Part shown: one piece after another, positions 54,101 through 64,000 of the stretch
How the letters are laid out: every line of letters starts with the position of its first letter
Numbering within the stretch: the first letter of the stretch is position 1
From: Basidiobolus meristosporus CBS 931.73
Taxonomy: Eukaryota; Fungi; Basidiobolomycota
Assembly (NCBI GenBank): GCA_002104905.1
Contig: MCFE01000170.1
Span: 1 to 64,000, forward strand
Reading direction: 5' to 3'
Length of the DNA stretch: 64,000 bases
The notes under the pieces: model-generated
Told to the model about the DNA's origin: nothing
The model's input: only the letters and a program-made list of their open reading frames with translations
Databases searched by the model: none
Position numbers and translations under genes: made by a program

Positions 54101-56113
54101 GTGTTGGAGAAAATCCATTTTTTGACCTTTTTTTTTAGGTCAATGTTGTGCAGGATGTGTAAGAGCACAAAAGGATTGAAAATATGCATTTGGTACTCAA
54201 TACCCATGGCACTCTGAATCTAGCTCCTGTGGCTTGCAACATGTCACAACAATGCATGGCACTATATTGGTCCACTGGTACTATCTGGCACTTTAAGTGC
54301 TCTGTATAGATCATACTTTAGGGCTAATAATTAAATGTAGTGCCTGATGTATCCAGGGGGTTTACTCCCTAACTTGCATACATTATTATTACCCAAACAC
54401 CAGCACTAAGAACATCATCTTTCCACAGAATGTACAGAAGTAAGCATGCAATTGCAGCAAAGTTGGCAAGCTATATGCAATTGGCTGTAATATGGAATCA
54501 ATTGGAAACCAGAGATACTTAAGATAGAGGGTATCTATTAGAGGAAAAGCTTTCTGCTGGGAGCAATGCATTTGCTTTTCAAAAATATCCCTTTACTGAT
54601 GACCAAGTTGTACATGGGGCATTTCAAGCTAAATTAGCCCTTTGAGATACCGGAGAGATTTGAAAGAATTGGCAAGATTTCACAGAGTATCTGCTACTGT
54701 AAATACTTCTCATGGGCTCCAATCAATATTCATATGCATATGAAACAATACAAATGCAAAGACTGGATGAGCTGGATATGCATTTATTTAAGTGGGGCTC
54801 TGAAGCCATTCCTACCAAAAGTACATTGGAAGCATTGAGAGTCATATGCCAACATTGCAGAGATATTTATCCAGAAGCAGATCACCAATGCCAACTTGAT
54901 GCATCCACAGCTGTTGTGCAAGGAGTTTGTGATGGGAATTGAGCAGCTATACTACAAACATAAAGCTGAGCATGTAGATCTCTGCCACTACTATATCCAT
55001 TCTCTACTCCATCTTGCATGGTGTGTGGAGAATATTGGGCCTTGCTTCACCTTTTGGGAATTTCCTGTGGAGTGGATGTGTGGGGAGATAGGAAGACAAG
55101 TGAAGTTGCAGGTACTACCATATCCCAATTTCATCAAGAGTATTCCATCCAAGTCTGTTATGGATGTGATGAGTTGGCACATAGAGGACAGCCAGAAAGA
55201 TTTGGAAAATACTGAGGACAATTGTGTAAATGGAGACACCTATGCCTATGGCATTAAGAAGCTAAGCAGCCTCAATGCATGGGTAATCAGCAATGTAATG
55301 CAAAGTTGGTTTGGGTGCAACAAGCAACTAATTTATATCAGGAAAACTCTATCAAGGTATGCTGTGTTTCTCTTGATCACAAGCCAACTTCTACACCACT
55401 TAATATGGAATTCACACAAACAAGAGCCAGAGCGCACCTATAAGGGGAACTAGAATCCAGCAGGGAGAAGGAATATATTGCCTAAATGCCAAGAAGCTCT
55501 TTGCAGATATTCAGGAGGTATTCATGGCTGAAGTGGCAACAACCAATCATTTGTTTGCAAGATGTATATGTCACCAGCAGTACAAGCTATATGGCAGCTT
55601 TGCAAGTATCACACTAAAAAGCTCTAAGGTTGAGGTGATAGAAGTACGTCAATTGCGGCAAGTGTGCATGTTTGTAGAGGTTAGTAAGCAGGAGGCCATA
55701 GTATTTTTTGATTCAAACTATATGTGGAATACCCAAGGTAGTAGTGGGTAAGCAAGTAAAGAGGGGTGATTCTACAGTGGAATATATAAATTGCACAAGG
55801 GGAGGTAGAAAATGGAAATACAATTTGGTAAATAGGTATAGTAGCATTATACAGAACCAGCTGTAGGCCTCCATTCTGCCAACAAATGCCATTAGAGTCT
55901 TGCTGTGAGGCCATCAAGATACTATCAAGTTTCTTGCCATATAAGGCAATTGGATGTCCTGGCCAATGGATCCACTTAAAGTAGTTATAGAGTGCTGAAA
56001 GACCGCAACAATACCATGCAAATATTGTCACAGCATCAATAAAATAATACCATGCAATTATTGTCATAGCACAAATCAAATCTTGTCAAGTTTTATCACT
56101 TTATACAGTAGTG
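51115..56113 (+). mobile_element. CACTA-like DNA transposon copy C, most complete copy, internally deleted; right end ...TACAGTAGTG (reverse complement CACTACTGTA)
   Basis: Plus-strand transposase pieces at 53408-53905 and 54712-55750 (HSLLHLAW..GPCFTFWEFPVEWMCG), a minus-strand second ORF, and a candidate CACTA terminus at 56109-56113. No left terminus found. Confidence 0.8.
51120..53216 (-). pseudogene. Second ORF of the CACTA-like element: Ser/Thr-rich N-terminus, coiled coil, ~70-aa internal duplication; frameshifted
   Basis: ORFs 52527-53252, 52378-52563, 52104-52439 and 51637-52092 have homologues at 48263-49581 and 42624-42821. Confidence 0.7.
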
Positions 56114-56142
56114 AAATTAGCAAAAGGCTGTAGTGATCCTGT

Positions 56143-57203
56143 TGTGGTTAGGTTAGAGCAACACCCACTGACATAAGTGCTAATTCCCATATTTTCTACT
56201 TCACTATTTCTCTACTACACTTATTTTAGTTTTATCCCATTAGTCATACTTAATTAGTACTGTCACATAAGCTGGCTGACTATCACACCTGCTAACCTTA
56301 TTGCATAAGTTGTCCCACACTTTATGTAAGATTACTAGCTGTAAGTGCTTTTATATTAGGCAAGTACCCACGCCAGTACCTGTGACACATGACCAATCCT
56401 TGTCACCATCTCCACCACTTCTATACCATACATGGCATCCTTGTGTACCCAGGTTTCAGAGTATTGACTCCTGATTGGTTGCATGTGCTGTGCCTCTTAG
56501 AACCTTCTGGCACCTACTTAGAATACTCTTAGCTCATTCTGATGTCATTAAGACTTCTATTGATCTGTGGAACCTTCTAGAACACCATGATTAGTAATCA
56601 CTTAGCCAGTTAGAAAAGTATATAAGGGAGGCAATCCCTCAACAATAAATCATCATCCCTTTTATCAATATACCAACTTGTTAATCAGTGTGATTGTGGC
56701 TACCTGCTGTTACCTGAACTTCCAACCCCACACCACAGGACACTCCCAGGAAACTGCACTGACAGCCAACTGATCTTGGAGGCACTACTTGTGAGGAATA
56801 CTCAGAGTAGGTATCTTTTATTATATTTGATTCTTTCCCAATTCTGTTCTTGTACAGGCAAAGATATTTTTCTATGTTTGTAACTATTGACCACCGCTGC
56901 ATTCCTATGAAGTCCGTGCTGGTGGAATTTACAGTTATTTTGACTTTGGAAGCTTTAGTACATTTTCATCTCAAAGGATGCTGGACCTAGCACATACTTT
57001 TGTTAAGATGCCAACTAAGTTGAGGATTGTAGCTCAATAGTTTTCCCTTGACAAGCTTGTGGCTTTATTTGCAATCACATTAGATTTGAGACAGAACCCA
57101 AGTGTTCCTAGCAAGCTTTTGCCAGAGGTTGTTGCACCCAGTGAACACCGCACATACAAAACACTTGGGACGTATCTCGCCCTTGGGCCTATATACTACC
57201 ACA
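56143..57203 (+). repeat. Solo LTR, family B2 (~1060 bp), perfect 4-bp TSD CTGT
   Basis: TGTGGT...TACCACA flanked by CTGT/CTGT, colinear with 46143-47184. Confidence 0.88.
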
Positions 57204-57215
57204 CTGTCATAAAAT

Positions 57216-60200
57216 TGTTAAGAGGATCACTAATTCCAAGCTGCTGGAATTATGGCTGTCCCTTAGCAGGATCCTGATGGCTGATTTGGATAAGATCCAT
57301 CTGCAGAACCAAATTATTTCTCATGGGGAAGGAGCTGTTGGAACCTCAATAAAGATTGGTTCAGGTTCTAGCCAATACAATACTGGCTAAACTCTCTATT
57401 CCTCTATAACTCTTATATTGAGACTTGTAACATTGGAAGTAGCAATAACCAGCAACCTCCCCCTGAAGAAAGAAGAGACCCCCCCCTCAAGATATCAGAA
57501 AATTAAGAATGAAACAATGCTATGCAGCAAATCCTGGCCCAACAGCAACAGTGTCTCCAGATCCTTAGCCAGTGCCATCAAGGAATGACTACCATAGTGC
57601 AGAACCAGCAAAACCTGGTCAAGAGCAACTTTAGTGTGAAGGTCAACCGGTACCATGGTAGAGTCAATGAAAACTTGGGAACTTGGCTCTTCCTATGACT
57701 CAGCTATGATTGTAATTGGGAAGCCCACAATGACTAATCAGAGAAGCTATAATCACTATGAAAGAAGACAATCAGAAGTAGTGCCAATGTAAATAGATGC
57801 TATGCAGAAGAATTCCACCTCAGAAGAATGTAAGAAAGAAGGACTTTGCTTCAATTGCCACCAGCAAGGTCATATTGTGAAGTACTGCCCTCAGAGAAGA
57901 AATAGACACCATTCATCAAGAACCTTCAGCCATATTGAAGCCCTTGGGCATAGTAACATAGAGGATGAACATGAAGAAGACTCAGAACTCACCTTCAATA
58001 TGACAGAAGTACACTTATCCCAAATGACCTCTAACTCAGGAAAGCTATCATACTTGAATGGGGTAGTCAATAGAGTACCTGCCAATATCATGATTGACTC
58101 AGGAATATTGCATGAGTACATGTTAGATATATTTGCTTTGAAAGCTGGAACTAACTTCATACCCACCAAATCAACATCATTCTTACTGGCTGAGTAACAC
58201 AATTAATTATGTGAGAGTTCCCATCTACTGTTGAGACTGAAGATCAATGACTATGAAGAAAATCTAGAGGCTTTTATATTAAGGAGCTGCAAGTTTGACC
58301 TTGTACTTGAAAAAACCTGGCTATTTTTTTGTAGTCCATTAATCAACTGGAGAACCCATGCTACTCAGATTCTAAAGGGCCACAAGACCTATGAGCTATT
58401 ACCTGTCAGACTGGATTTCAGCTTGGCCAATTGCAGTGTGTGTGAAACAAATAAACTTAGCAAGACACAATTCTGTAGAGCCCTCAGAAAAGGTACCTGG
58501 ATACTCCTCATGGTGATAATACAGGAGGATTCCTCTACATCAGTAGGTCCAAACACTTTTGAAGGAATACTAAGACATATTTCTGGATGGACTTGTAAGC
58601 CTACCCCCAGTCAGTGATGTGGATCATGCCATTGACACAGGAGATAGCCCCATACTTAGTGAGACATCTTACAGAATGAGTTCATTGGAGTAAAAGAGAA
58701 GAAGAGACAAATAGATCAGTTATTGGAGCAAGACTATATCAGACAGGTTTGTGGTAATCTACCTAGATGACATATTGATATAGAGCAAGACAGAAGAGGA
58801 AAACTTGGGGCAGATTGAAAAGGTCTTGAAGAAGCTAAGAATGAGCAAGTTGTACAGCAAGCTTGCAAAGTGTGAATTCTTGAAGGAACATGTTGAATAC
58901 CTGGGACACATGGTGACTAGCACAGGAGTGACCATAGACCCCAAGAAGTTTGGAGTCATCAAGAATCTGAAGCAGCCCTATAGCATATAGGAACTCAGAT
59001 CATTCCTTGGAATGGTTTCCTATTATTGGAGATTTGCCAAGTCCTTTGCAAGTATTGCTGCTCCTTTAGCTGATATGCTCAAGAAAGACAATACCATGAA
59101 GTGGGACATAGCCTGTGAGTCTGCCTATCAGATGCTCAAGAATAAACTAGCTAAGCTGCCAAGCTCAAGAATTGCAGACTTCAGAAAAGCATTTACTCTG
59201 TGCACAGATGCTTCAGACTATGCAATTTGTGAGGTACTGAGCCAAGAACATGAGGGAAAGGACTACCCAGATTCTTTTGTGTGCAAGAAACATAAATCAG
59301 AAGAACAAAACTATCCAGTGCATGAGAAGGAGATGCTTGCCATAATACACTGCTTGAAGACCAGGAGATGCTACATTGACTGAGTCAAATCCACTGTAAA
59401 GACTGATCACACCTCATTCAAGTATATATTTACTCAGAAGGTACTCTCTAGAAGAATCACAAGATGGAGTGAATACATTCAGCACTTTGACTTGAAGACT
59501 GCCTACTGCCCTAGGAAAAACAACATGGTTGCTGATGCCTTATCATGACTAGAATAAGTTGCATAACTCAACTTGTGGCATGAATCAGATTGACCTAGCT
59601 TATTACCAGAGTACTTCGAGGACCAAGCCATTTGTAATGAGGTGGATGAAGTGATCAAGAAGATAATACAGGATGAAGCCAGCAAATTTGTAGTACAGGA
59701 TGAAACACTCTACCAGATTGTCAATGGAAGCCTTATTGCCTGTTGCTCATATGTAGCTTGCCTGGATTTAATAAATATGCTACACTATGATTATGGACAT
59801 CTTGGAATTGAAGGAACCTATAGCCTTGTGAAAGCCAGAGCGTGACATCCCAGAATCAAGCAAGTTATTAAGAACCTAGTAATAACAAGCCCAAATTGCC
59901 AAATCAACCCAGGCCAATCACAGAGAGTTGCTGAACTCTTTCCCTTAGAGCCTATGAGACCATTTGTGAGATGGTGAATTGACTTTATTAGACAACCACA
60001 ATCACCAGTAATTGCAATCATTGTATCCTAGTAGCAATTGACCATGCAACTAAATTGCCAGTGGCTAAAGCTGTACCTGTAGTCAGTGAACATGAAGTTG
60101 CAAGTTTCATGTGTCATGGGATCCTATGAAGCTTGGATGCCCTGCAGAGATTTTATCTGATAGAGGAGCAAACTTTATGGTAAAGACATTGGAAGCTTAC

Positions 60201-61232
60201 CTGGAAATGTAGTAGGTCAAACACTTGAAACCCTTGGCTTATTACCCTAGAAGTAATGGAGTCACTGAGCAGTTTCATGGATTATCTGGAAAAATGCTGA
60301 CCAAGTATGCAAATGGAGCTATCAGTAGATGGGATGAGTAAATAGACCAAGCACTTCTTACCTGCACAGGTAGAGTGCACAACACCACTCAACACTTGCC
60401 ATTTACATAGTGTATGGATGCAAATCAAGGATTCCAGGTGATCTCACACAACAAAAGCTTACAGACACCTTGGAAGAGGAACTCAGTCAGCCAGCTAGAC
60501 ACCTGCAGCTGGAACAAAGAAGTCAAGAGGCACAGGCCAAAGTATCTCAGAGTGTAGAAAAGAAGAAGCAGAGGTTTGATAAGACTATATCACAAGAGGC
60601 ATTGATAGTTGGGAACTATGTATTACTGAGAAATAATACACATAGAAAGTTTGAGGCACAATGGACAGGACCTTTCAAGATCATCAGAGAAAGCCCATTT
60701 GCAACTTACCAACAAGTGGACAAAGATGTTAATATCCAGGAAGACTTAATTCATAGAGACAGACACAAGCTTGCACAACTTGCTGACAACACTGAACCTT
60801 CAAGATATTTGTATCACAAGAAAAGAGATCCATGAGAACCCTCTTAGCTTTAGTGGGGGAGAATGTTATGATCTATCTCTTAAGTGATTAAGTTAGATCA
60901 GCTCATAATCAAATCATTTAGCTTTATGCTTAGCCTATCAGTACATCAGTACTATCTATTGGATCAGTAGTATTACTCAGCAGATGAATCAGTAGATCCT
61001 TATTGTACAGGAACAGATATATTGAGGAACATGTAATTGGGTGATGATGATGTAATGAGATGAGTCATCAGCTACTACCTACATTAAGGAATACAATTAG
61101 TCAGCAATTGATCTGGCAAAATGTATATAAGGAGCTGCTGGAACCTCAATAATGCTCAGTTCAAGTTTTAGCAATTACAATACTAGCTAAACTCCCTATT
61201 GATCAACAACTCTTTTATCAAGACTTGTAACC
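57216..61232 (+). mobile_element. Decayed Ty3/gypsy retrotransposon (gag-PR-RT-RH-IN) with a large deletion in RT
   Basis: Zinc knuckle CFNCHQQGHIVKYC; protease MIDSG; RT YLDDILI and KCEFL..VEYLGH; RNase H TDASDYAI..EKEMLAII..KTDH; integrase GHLGIEGT, VAIDHATK, SDRG, KFEAQWTGPF; PPT AGTGGGGGAGAA before the 3' LTR at 60864. Confidence 0.92.
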
Positions 61233-61234
61233 AA

Positions 61235-62754
61235 GAGCAGAAATGGTGTCAGAAGGCTACTTAAATAAATATATATCCAGTTCATCCAGTCCATAAATTT
61301 ATATTGTTGCATATGCATATGAATATTGATTGGAGCCTATGATAAGTACTGTGGGTAGTTGATGATCTGCAATATCTTGCCAATTCTTTCAAATTTCTCC
61401 AGTAGCAAATAGAGTTCATTCAGTTTGAAATGCCCCATGTAAAACTTGGTCATCAATGTAGGAAGCAAGTGCATTGCTCCCAGCAGAAAGCTTTTGCTCT
61501 GGCATACACCATCTGTCTTGAGTATCTCCGGCTTCTAATCAGCTCCACATTCCAGCCATTGGCTTATAGCTTGCCAACTTTGCTGCAGTTCCATGCTGAC
61601 TACACTGCATTTACTCTATGTGAAGATGGTGTACTTAGTGTTGGTGTTTGTATAATAATAATATGTGTGAGTTATGATGTAAATCCCCTGGATCTCACAC
61701 ATTCATCAGTAATACTGTCCTTGGTGCCCAGAAAAGCTGGCTATCTTGTTGATGGCTGTGGTATCCCCTATACAGCTAATAATATGCACTCACATGGTGC
61801 CCATTTAGTGGTATCCAACTGAGAAGCATACAAAAATCATGTAGCAACTGATACAGGTAGCTGTTCAAGATGCACAGTAATTAAGGCCCTGATATCAGTG
61901 AGACTACCATCATATTTTTGCTCTGATAGTGTATGATAGGTAGCAGACTCAGACTGATGAGGATCAGTGGCCAGCTGGATTTGCTGGTAGTGTACTTGTT
62001 TAATGTGAATCCATCAAGTGCTAAGGCAAAGGCATGAGCTTCTTTAGATGGAGTATTATTGGAATATATCTGGAGAGTGAACTATGTTTTGCTCCTGTGG
62101 TGGTGGATTCCTGACCAGTTGGGCACCTTGCAATGGTGGCATTTTCCAATGTGAATGCCATGCAGCTGTCATCACATGCCGGTATCAGGACAGTCTCTGG
62201 AGTATATGTTGCCAGCTGCATGGTGATTGTCCAGTTGTACAAAGTACAAGGTAAGTTATGGCCTGAAAAGATTTTGGCAAGAAATAGTAGTAAATCCTCA
62301 AAGCCCCCATTTTTGAAATTTGTGTGCACATGCTACTTCTCTGGCAACAATATCACATCATTTGCCAGTAGATAAATTACTGGGCTCACTTGGGTCCATA
62401 GAGTATCCTCTGCATGGTTTCTATGGGTGTTATCTTATAGTGTATGGAGGTTTTGATAGGCTCATGCAAGGTACTGTTGTCAGTGGAGATAGGCTCACAA
62501 TCCATCAGTGAGCCTCTTTCTATAGAGCAATCACTCTGTGGGTTATATTCACAAGGCTGAGTTGAGCCCAATGGCATCACAAACACACCTGACTCAGTTT
62601 TTACATGGTAACAAGTATGGCCAGTTGCCATTATAGAAGTATCAAGTGGTTAGCACAATATAGTTGGTACAGCAGAGATAAATGAGTGGTTAAATATCAC
62701 TTGTATGCAAAACACTGTCCTTGATCCTAGTAGTACGTTCTTTGCTGTCCAGGT
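61235..62754 (-). mobile_element. CACTA-like transposase fragment, copy D
   Basis: PETVLIPACDDSCMAF..ARCPT (62021-62329) and N-terminal MPLGSTQP..LMDCEPIS (62386-62631), homologous to copies B and C. Confidence 0.85.
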
Positions 62755-63186
62755 TGTGGTAAGGTAGTCATACCTCCCACCAACAAGTTTGTTCATATAG
62801 CTTTAAAAATGCACATACCTATATTGTATCTTATCAGTGTTATACCATTGTTCTTTGTCCCAATTATTGGTATTACCCTCATATCATATTTACCGTGATT
62901 AGTTGTTTGTATTAGTTATCCCAAATGTTATTCAGCTTTGTGATCACCATATGTATTCAACTTGGGCAGGTATCTGTATCAGTCCCTGTGACACATGACC
63001 TAGAACTATGTTACTGTCCCCCCATGTCAGTACCATTTGTGGTGTTATCTTTGTTGTACAGGTTTCAAACTACTGCTCCTTACTTGGTTGGATGTGCTAT
63101 GCCTTTTGAAATCTACCAGGACCTTTTTAGAGTATTTTTATCTTGTTCTTTTGTCATTAAGAACTCTAGTAATACCTGGAATCATC
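62755..63186 (+). repeat. LTR family B1 copy interrupted by a copia insertion
   Basis: Starts TGTGGTAAGG and is colinear with about 45176-45610. Confidence 0.8.
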
Positions 63187-64000
63187 TGTTGAAATATTGG
63201 ACTATTTGGTATCATTCAGCAGCTAAAAATTTACTTAACAATTTTAGGCTAGTCTTAGTCACTGTAGGACTCACTTACTGCCTTAACTTTGCCACTTTCT
63301 CCAGATATATGATCTTATGATTATTCCCCTATAGTCAGGATCAAATTAGAACTATTACCAAACATTATGTACTAACCCTGAAACTGTTGCAGAATGCTCC
63401 TGAATATTGAGAAACCCTCCCTACTTAGTGTTGCAGCTGTATTACTTCTACAAAGGTATAAATACTGAGCTTCTTTATGAATAAACAACAGTTCAACTAT
63501 AATCACTATTTCTTGATAAGTTCCTTCTATCCAAATCACTTCTTAAATTGCAACAGGTTATGAGCCCCGATTGCCTTAATCTATTCTAAAGATGACTTCT
63601 ACCAGCAAACAAAGCAATACCAACATCTTCCCTGTAAAGGAGAGGTTTGATGGGAAGAACTACAGACTTTGGAGAATCAAGATGCAGATCCACCTTGAGG
63701 AAAGAAAGCTTTGGAACATAGTAACAGGAAAGGAAGTTGAGCCCAAAGGAACAGCAGAAGATGTGGAGAAGTTTCAAGAGAAGGAGAGAAAGGCCTTCAA
63801 TGCAATATGCATCAATGTGCAAGACTCCTTCATTGGACAAATCCATGCCTCAAATACTGCCAAAGCAGCATGGGAATCCTTAAAGAAGATATTTAGAGCA
63901 AAGTCAGTATCAAGCAAGCTTTATTTGAAACAAAAGTTCTTCAACATGAGAAAAAAGCCAGATGATGACATGCTACAACTCATTACCAGAATGGAGACAC
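63187..64000 (+). mobile_element. Ty1/copia element 5' end: LTR 63187-63555, PBS 63556-63567, open gag from ATG 63592 running off the window
   Basis: TGTTG...CAACA LTR, copia-type PBS GGTTATGAGCCC, and gag FDGKNYRLWRIKMQ..LWNIV..TAKAAWESLK..LKQKFFNM with no stop to the window edge. Confidence 0.92.

Overview
Eukaryotic, fungal DNA with short (~60 nt) GT-AG introns. The gene set (PacC, Rho3, Zrc1/Cot1, RNF34-like FYVE-RING, CRAL-TRIO) fits an early-diverging fungus such as Zoopagomycota or Mucoromycota; this is an inference, not a database result. About 4-42 kb is CpG-rich and gene-containing. It holds eight well-supported intron-containing genes (PacC/Rim101, Cdt1, DDHD phospholipase, CRAL-TRIO protein, Rho3, CDF zinc transporter, an unusual RGS-domain protein, RNF34-like E3 ligase), one small single-exon ORF, and several broken gene-like frames. 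About 1-2.2 kb, 18.9-21.7 kb and 42-64 kb are CpG-depleted transposon decay zones. They contain Ty1/copia pieces with many ~340-bp LTR copies, a decayed Ty3/gypsy element, long solo LTRs with 4-bp TSDs, and at least four fragments of a CACTA-like DNA transposon whose transposase is divergent from a second coiled-coil ORF. No rRNA, tRNA or CRISPR feature was recognised. Exon boundaries and TSDs were read by hand.
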